A stretch of 64,000 nucleotides of DNA from Alphaproteobacteria bacterium (GTDB taxonomy: Bacteria; Pseudomonadota; Alphaproteobacteria; Bin95). The notes under the pieces were generated by a model. That model saw nothing but the letters and a program-made list of their open reading frames with translations. It searched no databases and was not told the origin of the DNA. Of this stretch, positions 1 through 10,221 are shown piece by piece; the stretch's first letter is position 1, and each line of letters begins with the position of its first letter. The translations under genes and the position numbers were made by a program. The stretch spans positions 416,001 through 480,000 of the forward strand of contig CAXXWS020000002.1 in NCBI GenBank assembly GCA_963665325.3, read 5' to 3'.

Positions 1-176
1 TGGCCCGGAAAGATCAACACGGGATGGTCAGCGAGAGCGGCCCGGATAGCCCCAACCTGCTTCGGAAGGAGGTCCTGCGACAGGTCGGTGCCGTCAATTT
101 CCGCCGCGCCGACCGGTGAAAGCGGGCTTACTGTCAGCGCGGGTGACGGCGAGTTCTTGCCTTTGCAGGATGCCAT
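1..176 (-). CDS. TauD/TfdA-family dioxygenase, N-terminal part (runs off window)
   Basis: Manual translation MASCKGKNSPSPALTVSPLSPVGAAEIDGTDLSQDL...IRAALADHPVLIFPG resembles the TauD N-terminus; not in the ORF track. Confidence 0.7.
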   Translation of the reverse strand, partial: MASCKGKNSPSPALTVSPLSPVGAAEIDGTDLSQDLLPKQVGAIRAALADHPVLIFPG

Positions 177-265
177 GCGGCAGAGAGTACTGCGAATTCG
201 CCATCGCCTCGACCGGTTTGGGCTAATCTCGGCATCCGTCCCTCTCAGACCGCAGGAGCGCCACG

Positions 266-1510
266 ATGCCGACGCTGCTTCCCAACCTTTCCATCGACGC
301 CGAACGCCTGCGGTCCACGCTGGACCGCTCGTCCGGGATCGGGACCGGACCGAAGGGCGGGTTGCGCCGGCTGGCCCTCTCGGACAGCGACAGGGAGATG
401 CGCGACCAGTTCTCCGCCTGGTGCGAGGCCGGCGGCTGCCGGGTCGCGGTCGATGAAGCGGGCAGCATCTTCGCCCGGCGCGCGGGACGAGAGGACGGCC
501 TGCCGCCGGTCGTGGTGGGCAGCCACCTCGACACGCAGGCGGCGGGCGGCCGCTTCGACGGCATTCTGGGAGTGCTGGCGGGGCTGGAGATCCTGCGCAC
601 GCTGGACGACAACGGCATCGCCACGAAACGTCCCATCGAGGTCGTCAACTGGACCAATGAGGAAGGCGCACGGTTCGCGCCGCCGATGGCAGCTTCGCGC
701 GTCTTCGCTGGGCTCGCGACCGTGGATTGGCTGCACGACCTCAAGGACGATGACGGCATCCGCTATGGCGACGAGCTCCGGCGGATAGGCTATCTGGGCG
801 AAGCGCCGGTCGGCGGGCGGGCCCTCGACTCCTATTTCGAGCTGCATATCGAGCAGGACTCGCTGCTGGAGGAGCGGGGTGTGTCGGTCGGTGTGGTGAC
901 CGGCGGCTACTACAGCCACGCGCTGAACTGCGTCTTCCACGGCGAGTGCGCCCATACCGGGCCGACGGAGATGAAGTTGCGGCGGAACGCGATGATGGGC
1001 GCCGCCTATTTCCTGGCCGCCGTCAACGACATCGGCTGGGATTACGAGCCGGTCGGGCGCACCTCGGCCTCGCGCATGCAGCTCTGGCCGAACCGCTTCG
1101 GCATCCTGCCGGAATATGCCGAGGTGACCGTCGATATGCGCCACAAGGACCGCGCGGTCACCGACGAGATGGTGGAGAAGACCCGCACGGCACTGGGCCG
1201 GGCAGCCGAAAAGGCGCAGGTCGAAGCCGAGATTACCGCCGAGTGGACCTTCGGCGACGAGGTGTTCGATCCCGAATGCAGCAATCTGGTGCGCCACGCG
1301 GCAGAGGCGCGCGGCACCTCCTGCATGGACATGCGCAGCATCGCCGGCCACGACGCCTACTATATTTCGCGCATCGCGCCGACGGCGCTGGTGTTCAGCC
1401 CGTGCGTGGGCGGTATCACCCATAACGAGGCCGAAGATATCCCCTGGGAGCCGACCGTCGAGGCGGTCAATGTGCTGCTCGACGCTGTGCTCGCCCGCGC
1501 CGACCGGTAG
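266..1510 (+). CDS. Zn-dependent M20 amidohydrolase (N-carbamoyl-amino acid/allantoate amidohydrolase family)
   Basis: GSHLDT, GRFDGILGV, NEEGARF, ELHIEQ, AGHDA motifs; AGGAG RBS. Confidence 0.92.
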   Translation: MPTLLPNLSIDAERLRSTLDRSSGIGTGPKGGLRRLALSDSDREMRDQFSAWCEAGGCRVAVDEAGSIFARRAGREDGLPPVVVGSHLDTQAAGGRFDGILGVLAGLEILRTLDDNGIATKRPIEVVNWTNEEGARFAPPMAASRVFAGLATVDWLHDLKDDDGIRYGDELRRIGYLGEAPVGGRALDSYFELHIEQDSLLEERGVSVGVVTGGYYSHALNCVFHGECAHTGPTEMKLRRNAMMGAAYFLAAVNDIGWDYEPVGRTSASRMQLWPNRFGILPEYAEVTVDMRHKDRAVTDEMVEKTRTALGRAAEKAQVEAEITAEWTFGDEVFDPECSNLVRHAAEARGTSCMDMRSIAGHDAYYISRIAPTALVFSPCVGGITHNEAEDIPWEPTVEAVNVLLDAVLARADR

Positions 1511-1519
1511 GGCGTCCGG

Positions 1520-1924
1520 CTACAGGTAGTTAGAGACCTCGACGAGATTGCCGTCCGGGTCGCGGAAGTAGACCGAGTGGATAGGGCCGAGGGCCCCGCT
1601 GCGCTCGGACGGCGGCGTTTCGATCTCGACGCCGCAGGCTTCGAGATGGGCGACGACCTCCTCCATCGGCGTTTCGGTAATGAGGCAGAAGTCCTCGCCG
1701 CCGCAGCGCGGGTCGCGTGCGCGGTACCAGTCGGTGTCGTCGGGATGCAGGTTGATCTTGTGCTGTCCGAACCTGAGCGCCTTCCTGACGACTCCGTCCT
1801 GGCCGATGCCCTCGCGCCCGAAGCTGACGACCTCCATGCCCAGCGCTTTCGTATAGAAGTCGCAGGTAGCCTCGATGTCCTTCACCCGCATCACGAAATG
1901 GTCGAGCCGTTCGATTTTGACCAT
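1520..1924 (-). CDS. VOC/glyoxalase family protein
   Basis: LDHFVM...FY...LG and YFRDPDGNLVE motifs. Confidence 0.9.
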   Translation of the reverse strand: MVKIERLDHFVMRVKDIEATCDFYTKALGMEVVSFGREGIGQDGVVRKALRFGQHKINLHPDDTDWYRARDPRCGGEDFCLITETPMEEVVAHLEACGVEIETPPSERSGALGPIHSVYFRDPDGNLVEVSNYL

Positions 1925-1944
1925 CCTTGCCTGTCCCTCCCGTC

Positions 1945-3633
1945 CTACCCCGGATTGCTTTCGAAATCGTCCAGCCGGTCGCGTTCGGCGAGACCGGGGG
2001 CGCGCTCCCGCGCCGGGCCGTAGCCGCCACCGCCGCCGGTGCGCACGATGAGGCGGTCGCCGCGGCTCAGCGGGAACTGCTGCTTCGACCGGAGCGGTAT
2101 CTTCTGCCCGCCGCGCATGACGAAGGTTTCCGCCTTCGCGCCGGGGCCACCGCCGAACATGCCTTCGGCGGCGATACGGAAGCGGTCGCCATAGGTTGCG
2201 AAGTTCACGCCGTCGTCGAGAATCCGGTAGATCCGCTGGAACCCCATGCCGCCGCGTTGCCGCCCGCTGCCCCCCGAGGCGGACCGCAGGCTGTAATCCT
2301 CCACCCGGAAAAACGGATAGTCGCTCTCCATCGCCTCGATAGGAATGTTCGAGCAGTTGGACAGCATCGAGTCGACGGCGTCGCAGCCGTCATTGTCGGG
2401 GCCCGCCCCGTAGCCGCCGCCGAAGATTTCGAGATAGATGTTGTAGCCGCTGTCGTTCCTGTGGCTGAGGCAACTGACGGTGGTTGTGTCGAAGCCCGGC
2501 GCGATGACCCTGTCCGGTACGGCGCCGGCAAGAGCGTTCATGACCGCATTGACCACCCGGTAGCTCGGCAGCAGGCGGGCCCGCACGGGCGCCGGAGGGC
2601 GCGGATTGACGAGGCAACCGTAAGGCGCTGTCACCGTAATTGCGCGCTCCGCGCCTTCGTTGAACGGGATGTCGGGATCGGTCAGAACGGCCTTGATGCA
2701 GGCGATGGCTGAGGAGACGGTGGAGGCGAAGGGGCTGTTCATGTTGGTGGCGACCTGCGGGGCGGTGCCGGCGAAATCCACCGCAATCGAATCGCCGTCG
2801 ACAGTCAGGCTCGCCCGTATCGGCACCGGGTCTTCGCCTTCGCCATCGTCGTCGAGCCAAGCCTCGCCGCGGTAGGCGCCGTCGGGCGCGGCCCGAATGG
2901 CGACCCGGATGCGGCGCTCCGAATAGTCGAGCATTTCGTCCATGGCCGAGAACACCGTGTCCATGCCGAACTTTCGGCACAAGCTCTTGAGCCGCTCGCC
3001 ACCGACGGCATTAGCAGCGAATTGCGCGTTGATGTCGCCGATGGTTGCCTCGGGCATGCGCACATTGGCGCGCACCAGCCGCTGGAACGGGCCGCCGTTC
3101 CAGTCCCGCTCGACCGAATAGCGGCTCGGCGGAAAGGTGATGCCTTCCTCGTGCACGTCGCCGGCATCCGGATTGAGGCCGGGCGCGCCGCCGCCGAGAT
3201 CGATGTGATGAACGACCGTGGCGGTAACCCCGATCAGGACATCGTCCAGGAAGATCGGCGAAAACAGGAAAATGTCGGGCAGGTGCTGCCCGCCGGAATA
3301 AGGGTCGTTGTTGATGAGGAAATCCCCGTCCCTGAGCGTCTCCAGCGGATGGTGCTCAAGGCAGGCGCGAAAGGTGTGCGTCACCGAGCCAAGCTGGATC
3401 GGGATCAGGTCCGCCTGGCTGACCACACGGCCCTTGCGGTCGAGGATCGCGGCCGAGCAGTCCTGCGCTTCGCGCACCACCGGGGAATGGGCCGAGCGGA
3501 CCAGCTTGATGCCCATCTCGTCGGCAGCGGCAATCAGGGCCTGGGTGATGACCGCCTGGTCCACGGGCGAGACTTTCACCGCCCGGTCTACGGGCGAGAC
3601 TTTCACCGCCCGGTCCATTGGCGAAACCGTCAT
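1945..3633 (-). CDS. Hydantoinase B/oxoprolinase family protein
   Basis: SPVVREAQDCS, NDPYSGGQHLPD, HHIDLGG, GGGGYG; ATG at 3633 overlaps the upstream stop (ATGA). Confidence 0.92.
   Translation of the reverse strand: MTVSPMDRAVKVSPVDRAVKVSPVDQAVITQALIAAADEMGIKLVRSAHSPVVREAQDCSAAILDRKGRVVSQADLIPIQLGSVTHTFRACLEHHPLETLRDGDFLINNDPYSGGQHLPDIFLFSPIFLDDVLIGVTATVVHHIDLGGGAPGLNPDAGDVHEEGITFPPSRYSVERDWNGGPFQRLVRANVRMPEATIGDINAQFAANAVGGERLKSLCRKFGMDTVFSAMDEMLDYSERRIRVAIRAAPDGAYRGEAWLDDDGEGEDPVPIRASLTVDGDSIAVDFAGTAPQVATNMNSPFASTVSSAIACIKAVLTDPDIPFNEGAERAITVTAPYGCLVNPRPPAPVRARLLPSYRVVNAVMNALAGAVPDRVIAPGFDTTTVSCLSHRNDSGYNIYLEIFGGGYGAGPDNDGCDAVDSMLSNCSNIPIEAMESDYPFFRVEDYSLRSASGGSGRQRGGMGFQRIYRILDDGVNFATYGDRFRIAAEGMFGGGPGAKAETFVMRGGQKIPLRSKQQFPLSRGDRLIVRTGGGGGYGPARERAPGLAERDRLDDFESNPG
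3551..3627. repeat. 27-bp in-frame tandem repeat (~2.8 copies) at the hydantoinase B N-terminus
   Basis: accgcc(t/c)ggtc(c/t)acgggcgagactttc at 3551 and 3578, partial at 3605; encodes DRAVKVSPV. Confidence 0.85.
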
Positions 3634-5651
3634 GGCGCTGCCTCCTTCCGCAGGACCACATTGTCGTTGCCGTCGCGTGCGGCAGTCCAGCCCGGCGGCA
3701 CATATACCGTCGCGCTGCCATCGTCGATCAGGAGCGGCCCGCATATGGCGGCCGGGCCCAGAGTCGCCCGGGTCGCCAGGCCGGCATCAAGGGTTTCGCC
3801 GCGTTCGGTCAGGACGGTGCGGCATCGCTCGTCCACGCCGGTCGGCTGCGGGCGGCCTGTCGCCGGCATCGGCGGCGGCGGCGCCTTGACGCCCACCCGG
3901 AACGACACGACCTCGACCGGGTCGCCATGCGGTTTCGCGAACTCGAAGATCCGGCGATGCGCCTCGCCGAACAACGCGGCGAGGTCGTCGGCGTGCAATC
4001 GTTCGAGCGCGTGACCGGAGAGCGAAACCGGTACCTCGAAGGCCTGGCCGAGATACCGCATCTCCAGCACCCGGTCGAAATCCGCCTCCGTCTCTATCCC
4101 GAGCCCGGCAAGATAGTCGCGCGCTTCCGCCTGCAGCATTTCGACCGTCTCGCGAATGTCCGCCATATTGGCCTCGGAAACCGCCAGCCGCCGGGTCCGG
4201 GTCCGGTAGTGGACATGGTCGGACAGCAGGAGGCCGGAAGCGGACAGCACGCCGGCATTCGGCGGCACGACGACGGTCGCTATCGCAAGATCCTCGGCTA
4301 CTCTGGCCGCATGCAGCGGGCCCGCGCCGCCATAGGGCACCAGCACATAATCGCGCGGGTCGCGTCCGCGCTCGGTCGAAACGCGCTGCACGGCGCGCAC
4401 GATGCTGACTTCGGCCAGGCGGACCACGCTGTCGGCAATTTCCTCGACCGACATGGCGAACCGGCTGGCCAGGGGCCGATACACCCGGCGGGCCGCGTCG
4501 CGGTCAATTTCCATGCGGCCGCCGAGAAACGCATCCGGTCTGAGCGTGCCGCGGACCAGATGTGCATCCGTCACCGTCGGCAGGTCCCCGCCGCGCCGGT
4601 AACAGGCCGGTCCCGGCGTCGCGCCGGCCGATCTCGGACCGGCCCTCAGCAGGCCACCGTCGTCCACCCAGGCGATGGAGCCGCCGCCGGCCCCGACCGT
4701 GACGATGTCGATGACCGGCGTCTTCACCGGCAGGCCGTCGATGCGTGTCGTCGACGCCAATTCGGGCTGGCCGCCGGCGATGAGCGCGACGTCGGTGCTG
4801 GTGCCGCCCATATCGAGGGTAATCAGGTTGCGGTAACCCGCGCCGGCAACGCTGCGTACCGCGCCGACCACGCCGGCTGCAGGGCCCGAAAACAGTGCCG
4901 ATATGGCGTTGCGCGCCATCGCCTCGGCAGGCATCCGGCCGCCATTGGACTGCATGATGGAGAACCGCCCGGCGAATCCGCGCTCGGCCAGGGCGGCGGA
5001 GAACCGGCCGACATAGCCGGCCATGACCGGCTGCACATAGGCGGCAAGCGCCGTGGTCGAGGCGCGCTCATACTCGCGGAATTCCCGCGTCACATCGCTC
5101 GAACAGGTCACCGGGAGCGATGGAGCCTGCTCGCGAACGATCTCGGCGACCGTCCTTTCGTGGTCCGGATTGGCGTAAGCATGCAGAAAACAGACAGCAG
5201 CCGCCTCGTAACTTCCGTCCGCCAGCACCTGCCGGACAAGGCCGGCAACGGCAGCTCGGTCCGGGGTCCTGATTGCCGTGCCGTCGGCTGCGATGCGCTC
5301 GTCGATCTCGACAACGTCGCGGCGTCGCACGACCGGTTCGGGCTTCCGGTAGCGGAGATCGTAGATCGCCTCCTTGTCGTGCCGCTGCAGCAGCAGCAGG
5401 TCGCGCGTGCCCTTCGTGACGAAGAGACAGACCGCGGCGCCCTTGCGTTCGAGCACGGCGTTGGTCGCCACGGTCGAGCCGTGGACGAGCTCCTCGATCC
5501 GGGCCGGGTCGAGGCCGGCGGCGTCGATCGCGTGCATCGCCCCCTGATCGGGATTCGCCGGCGTGCTCGGCACTTTCGCCGTGCGCACGGACTCTCCGTC
5601 GACCGCCACCAGGTCGGTGAATGTCCCCCCTACTTCGATCCCGACGCGCAT
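3630..5651 (-). CDS. Hydantoinase A/oxoprolinase family protein
   Basis: MRVGIEVGGTFTD, HGSTVATNA, SGPAAGV, DMGGTSTD, GAGGGS. Confidence 0.93.
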   Translation of the reverse strand: MRVGIEVGGTFTDLVAVDGESVRTAKVPSTPANPDQGAMHAIDAAGLDPARIEELVHGSTVATNAVLERKGAAVCLFVTKGTRDLLLLQRHDKEAIYDLRYRKPEPVVRRRDVVEIDERIAADGTAIRTPDRAAVAGLVRQVLADGSYEAAAVCFLHAYANPDHERTVAEIVREQAPSLPVTCSSDVTREFREYERASTTALAAYVQPVMAGYVGRFSAALAERGFAGRFSIMQSNGGRMPAEAMARNAISALFSGPAAGVVGAVRSVAGAGYRNLITLDMGGTSTDVALIAGGQPELASTTRIDGLPVKTPVIDIVTVGAGGGSIAWVDDGGLLRAGPRSAGATPGPACYRRGGDLPTVTDAHLVRGTLRPDAFLGGRMEIDRDAARRVYRPLASRFAMSVEEIADSVVRLAEVSIVRAVQRVSTERGRDPRDYVLVPYGGAGPLHAARVAEDLAIATVVVPPNAGVLSASGLLLSDHVHYRTRTRRLAVSEANMADIRETVEMLQAEARDYLAGLGIETEADFDRVLEMRYLGQAFEVPVSLSGHALERLHADDLAALFGEAHRRIFEFAKPHGDPVEVVSFRVGVKAPPPPMPATGRPQPTGVDERCRTVLTERGETLDAGLATRATLGPAAICGPLLIDDGSATVYVPPGWTAARDGNDNVVLRKEAAP

Positions 5652-5725
5652 GTCCGCTCCCGGTTTCCGACGCCCCCTCAGCCGGGCTAGAGTGCATCCA
5701 CGCACAAGGGAATGGAAGGCGGGGA

Positions 5726-8101
5726 GTGACGGCATCGCGGTTTTCCGATGGCCGGCCGGGAGCGGTCGGCCGGCCCCTGCCGCGCAGCGGTGCGAGGCGG
5801 CTCGTATTCGGCCGCGGAAAATACGCCGGCGACCTCCGCTTTCCGGGCCTGCTCCACCTCGCGTTCGTCAGGAGCCCGTATGCGCATGCGCGAATCCTGG
5901 CGATCGATCCGGCGCCGGCGCTTGCCGCGGTGCCGGACGCGAAGGTGTTCACCGGGGCCGACATTGCGGCGGTCTGCACTCCCTGGCAGGGGAGGATGGA
6001 CCATCTGCCGGCGCTGGTCTCGCCGCCGCAGCATGCCGTCGCGGTGGACCGCGCGGTCTGGCAGGGCGAACCCGTTGCGGCGGTCGTCGCCGCCAGCCGT
6101 GCCCTGGCCGAAGACGCCGCTGCCGAAGTCGTCGTCGAGTGGGAGCCGCTGCCGGCGGCGGCCGTTCGCAACCGCACGCTCGACAAAGACGCCGCACTGG
6201 CTCATCCCGGGCTGGGCGGCAATCTCTGCTTCTCCACCGCGATCCGGGCCGGCGATCCGGATGCCGCACTCGCCGGGGCCGAGCATGTCGTGGAGGGCCG
6301 CTTCTCCTTTGCCCGCCACACGGGCGTGCCGCTGGAACCCAGAACCGTGATCGCCGACTACGATCCGGGGGAAGGCAGCCTCACCGTCCACGGCAGCCAC
6401 CAGGCGCCTTGGCACCAGCAGGACACGCTGTCGCGCCATCTCGGCATTCCCGAGCATCTCGTCCGTGTCGTGACGCCCGATATCGGCGGCGGGTTCGGCA
6501 TCAAACTGCACATCTATGGCGAGGAGATCGCGGTCTCGGCCGTCAGCAGGATTCTGGGCCGGCCGGTAAAATATGCCGCCGACCGCATGGAATCCTTCGT
6601 CAGCGACATCCAGGCCCGCGACCAGGCGGTGACCGCGAAGCTGGGCGTGGGCGGGGACGGCGGTATCCGGGGACTCGCGGTGGATGCGCTTTCCTCCTTC
6701 GGCGCCTACGCTTCCTACGGTCGTGTGCCGGTCAATGAAGGCATGATGACGATTACGTTGGCCGGCGGGCCCTACGCCAACGAAGACTATGAAGGCCGGC
6801 TGCGCATCGCCTTCCAGAACAAGCCGCCGTCCGGCATGTATCGCGCGGTCGGCCAGCCGATCGCCTGCGCGGTGACCGAGCAGCTTGTCGACTGGGCGGC
6901 CCATGCCGCCGGCATCGATCCGGTGGAGATGCGCCGGCGCAATTACTGGCCCGAGGACGCTTTTCCGCTCAGGACGCCCGGCGGAATCGCCATGGGCCGG
7001 CTGAGCTTCCGGCAATGCCTCGACGAACTGGTCTCCATGATGGGCTACGACGCGCTGCGCTCCGAACAGGCCGCGCTGCGCCGAAACGGGGTCTATCGCG
7101 GGATTGGGGTCGCGACATTCCTGGAAATGACCGCCATCGGCGCAGAGCGCTACGGCCCGGCTGGCGCCCGCATCAGCACCCAGGACGGCGCGACGGTGCG
7201 CCTCGAACCGTCGGGCAGGGTCCGCTGCGTCACCTCCGTCATAGAGCTCGGGCAGGGCACTCTAAGCGCGCTCGCCCAGATCGTCGCCGACTGCCTGGGG
7301 ATTGCGCCGGAGGAAGTCGGCGTGGTCGGCGGCGATACTGCGCTCGCCCCCTATGGCGGCGGCGCCTGGGCGTCGCGCGGGCTGACAATCGGCGGCGAGG
7401 CGGTCTGGCGCGCGGCGCAGGGCTTGCGGGAGAACATCCTCGAACTCGCCGGCGCGATCCTCCAGGCCGACCCGGCGGCGCTCGACCTTGCGGGCGGCGC
7501 AGTCTGCGACCGGGCGACGGGGGAAGCCCGGATCGCGCTCGCAGAAATCGGGCGCATCGGCCATTTCCGCCAGGACACCCTGCCGCCGGGCGTGCAGCCG
7601 GAGCTCGCCGTCACCCGCCACTACGCGCCCGATGACGTCCCTTTCGCGCTCGCCAACGGCGTGCAGGGCTCGTCTCTGGAGGTCGATCCGGAAACGGGCG
7701 CGGTGCGGCTGCTCGGCCACTGGGTGGTCGAGGACTGCGGGAGGATCGTCAACCCGCTGCTGGTGGAGGAGCAGATCAGGGGCGGTGTCGCGCAGGGCAT
7801 CGGCGGGGCGCTGTTCGAGGAATGCCGCTACGACGAGGAAGGCCAGATACTGAACGGGAGCCTGGCCGACTATCTCGTCCCGATGGCGGCGGAACTGCCC
7901 GACATCCATGTCGGCCATGTCGAAACCCCGCTCAAGGGAACGGCGCTTGGCAGTAAAGGGGCAGGAGAGGCCGGGACGGTCGGCGCGCCGGCGGCCGTCC
8001 TGCTCGCGGTCAACGACGCTCTCAGGCCGCTGGGCGCGCAGGTCTCAAGCCTTCCGATCACACCCGAGACCGTTCTGCGCGCCATTGCGGCCGCGGCTTG
8101 A
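5726..8101 (+). CDS. Xanthine dehydrogenase-family molybdopterin-binding large subunit
   Basis: GGGFGIK, DCGRIVNP, QIRGGVAQGIG, KGAGEAG; active-site loop MYRAVGQ; GTG start inferred. Confidence 0.9.
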   Translation: MTASRFSDGRPGAVGRPLPRSGARRLVFGRGKYAGDLRFPGLLHLAFVRSPYAHARILAIDPAPALAAVPDAKVFTGADIAAVCTPWQGRMDHLPALVSPPQHAVAVDRAVWQGEPVAAVVAASRALAEDAAAEVVVEWEPLPAAAVRNRTLDKDAALAHPGLGGNLCFSTAIRAGDPDAALAGAEHVVEGRFSFARHTGVPLEPRTVIADYDPGEGSLTVHGSHQAPWHQQDTLSRHLGIPEHLVRVVTPDIGGGFGIKLHIYGEEIAVSAVSRILGRPVKYAADRMESFVSDIQARDQAVTAKLGVGGDGGIRGLAVDALSSFGAYASYGRVPVNEGMMTITLAGGPYANEDYEGRLRIAFQNKPPSGMYRAVGQPIACAVTEQLVDWAAHAAGIDPVEMRRRNYWPEDAFPLRTPGGIAMGRLSFRQCLDELVSMMGYDALRSEQAALRRNGVYRGIGVATFLEMTAIGAERYGPAGARISTQDGATVRLEPSGRVRCVTSVIELGQGTLSALAQIVADCLGIAPEEVGVVGGDTALAPYGGGAWASRGLTIGGEAVWRAAQGLRENILELAGAILQADPAALDLAGGAVCDRATGEARIALAEIGRIGHFRQDTLPPGVQPELAVTRHYAPDDVPFALANGVQGSSLEVDPETGAVRLLGHWVVEDCGRIVNPLLVEEQIRGGVAQGIGGALFEECRYDEEGQILNGSLADYLVPMAAELPDIHVGHVETPLKGTALGSKGAGEAGTVGAPAAVLLAVNDALRPLGAQVSSLPITPETVLRAIAAAA

Positions 8102-9120
8102 CGGGCAGGCAGGGAAGTCCGGTGGCGGAAGTCCGGAGGTCCGTTCGCTTCCTGTCCAGAGCGGACCTCGACAGGCTCGACATCGGTATGGACGAACTCG
8201 TGGATATCCTGGAAACGGCGTTCCGGGCGAAGGCGGCAGGCGAGGTGACGATGCCGCCCAAGATCTTCTTCCACCGCGGCGGCCCGCGCTTCTACAGCTC
8301 GATGGTCTGCGCGAGCCCGGCGCTCGGCTATGCCGGCTGCAAGTGGCAGAGCGGCGATCCGGCCAACCCGGATATCGGCCTGCCCTACATTCAAGGCCTC
8401 TACATCCTGACCGAGGACGCCACGGGCCGGATGTGCGCCGTCATGGATGCCGAATGGATCACCGGCCGGCGCACCGCCGCCGCATCCGGACTGGTCATCC
8501 GCCATCTGGCGAATGAGAGCGACCGCACCCTCGGCATATTGGGCTGCGGGTTGCAGGCACGGGCGCATCTGGAGGCGGTCCATGCCGTCCGGCCGCAATT
8601 CGACGAATGCGTTTGCTACGACACCGTTCCCGAACGGCAGGAGCGGTTCGTTGCGGATATGACGGGCAAGTTCGGTTTCGATTCCATCGTCGGGATGAGC
8701 GGCCCTGAAGAGGTCGCCCGGAACTGCGACGTGCTGGTGACGGGCGGGCCGATCCAAAAGGATCGCAGGCCGGTCATCCGGCCCGACTGGATCGGGCCGG
8801 GCGCGCTGGTCGTCACCATCGACTATGACAGCTATGTCACCGACGAAGCGATCCGGGCGATGGACCTCGTGCTCACCGACGATTACGGGCAGATCGAGGA
8901 TGCGCGGCTGAATGAGGGCAAGTTCCCGGCGGTGACCCGGGTGGATTCCACGGTCGCGGACCTCGTGGCGCATGGCAAGGGCGCGAGAACCTCCGACGGG
9001 CAGCGGATCCTGGCGTTTAACCTGGGCATTGCGCTTGAGGACCTGGCGACGGCGGTCGAGGCTTTGAACCGAGCCGAGCGGAAGGGCGTCGGGACGATGC
9101 TGCCAGGTTCGGCCGGTTAA
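8098..9120 (+). CDS. Ornithine cyclodeaminase/mu-crystallin family protein
   Basis: ITGRRTAAAS, GCGLQA, GIALEDLA. Confidence 0.88.
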   Translation: MTGRQGSPVAEVRRSVRFLSRADLDRLDIGMDELVDILETAFRAKAAGEVTMPPKIFFHRGGPRFYSSMVCASPALGYAGCKWQSGDPANPDIGLPYIQGLYILTEDATGRMCAVMDAEWITGRRTAAASGLVIRHLANESDRTLGILGCGLQARAHLEAVHAVRPQFDECVCYDTVPERQERFVADMTGKFGFDSIVGMSGPEEVARNCDVLVTGGPIQKDRRPVIRPDWIGPGALVVTIDYDSYVTDEAIRAMDLVLTDDYGQIEDARLNEGKFPAVTRVDSTVADLVAHGKGARTSDGQRILAFNLGIALEDLATAVEALNRAERKGVGTMLPGSAG

Positions 9121-9132
9121 CGGACCGGGGAC

Positions 9133-9780
9133 TTACGGGCCCGTCCAGTCGAACGGGATGTGCTTGGCCGAGTTGACGTCCCAGGAAAAGTTGAAGCCGA
9201 AGGCATCGACCTTGCACACGGTCGCCTTCCCCCAGGTCACCAATTGCGGTCCGGGTCCGGTTTCCGAGCCCGGTGCATTCGCCAGCCGGGGGTACTCGCC
9301 CGGATTGCTGGTCGGGCCGGTCAGCGCTTCCGCCCAGGCCGTGACCTTGCCGGCAATATCGACGCCCCAGCGCGACTGGTCGGGAGCGATCTCGAAGGAA
9401 ATCTTCGCGCGCTCGCTGCCGACGAGCGTCCGGCCTTCGGTGAACAGGGCGGCCACCTTGCCCATGAACCCGCCGGCGCGGCCGCCGATGATGGCGGTCA
9501 AGGCTTCGGCCTGGGCGTCGTCGGCGCGGTCATCGATGAAGACGCCGGCACGGCCCTTGACCCTGCCGGCCCACAGATCGCCGTCCCAGCGGCCGACGCG
9601 CACGAATGCGAGATCGTCCAGGACCGTGTCCCCGTAATGCCCGCGCCTGACATGCCAGAAGAGCACCGATTCGCAAAACTCATTGTCCGGCGCCTGCGCG
9701 AAGGTGCAGGGGCAGGCGACGGCGCAGCTGCAATTGTCGAACCAGTCTCCGACGATGTGCCAACTCGGCGTATCCGGCAT
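9133..9780 (-). CDS. DUF1326 family protein
   Basis: N-terminal CSCAVACPC motif, GHYGDTVLDDL. Confidence 0.8.
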   Translation of the reverse strand: MPDTPSWHIVGDWFDNCSCAVACPCTFAQAPDNEFCESVLFWHVRRGHYGDTVLDDLAFVRVGRWDGDLWAGRVKGRAGVFIDDRADDAQAEALTAIIGGRAGGFMGKVAALFTEGRTLVGSERAKISFEIAPDQSRWGVDIAGKVTAWAEALTGPTSNPGEYPRLANAPGSETGPGPQLVTWGKATVCKVDAFGFNFSWDVNSAKHIPFDWTGP

Positions 9781-10221
9781 GAGAGCCTCCCCGGTCGCTG
9801 CAATCTCGTCGCCGATGGTATGGGATAGCGGGCGAAGGGCACAACAGGGTTTGTGGCCGCGCGCGGACTGCCGAACGCCGATCGCATTTTCGTGTTGGCG
9901 ATATCGACCGGTTGTGCCGGCGCGCGGACACCTGCTGTTTCCAGAAAAATGACTCGTTATACGAAAGTACTCCTAAGCGCTTTCCGATCAATAAATTCAG
10001 CCCCAATTTGTCCCTCAGGGAAGAAGAAATCTGACTTATGAACACTATAGTCTTGTCATTGCACAATATTATTCTATTGCATATTCTTGCTACCAAAATT
10101 GCATATATTTGCTGTTATTTGAATGTTTGAGCGAAAAATTTATTTGTGGCAAACTGATTCGCCAATAACCTGACAATGGCTCTTGATGTATCGGACAAGT
10201 CCGCCGCTGGGGAGAGGCAGA

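Noticed and set aside
5726-8101. Aerobic CO dehydrogenase CoxL form I
   Set aside because: It lacks the AYxCSFR loop (has MYRAVGQ) and no coxM/coxS genes are adjacent.
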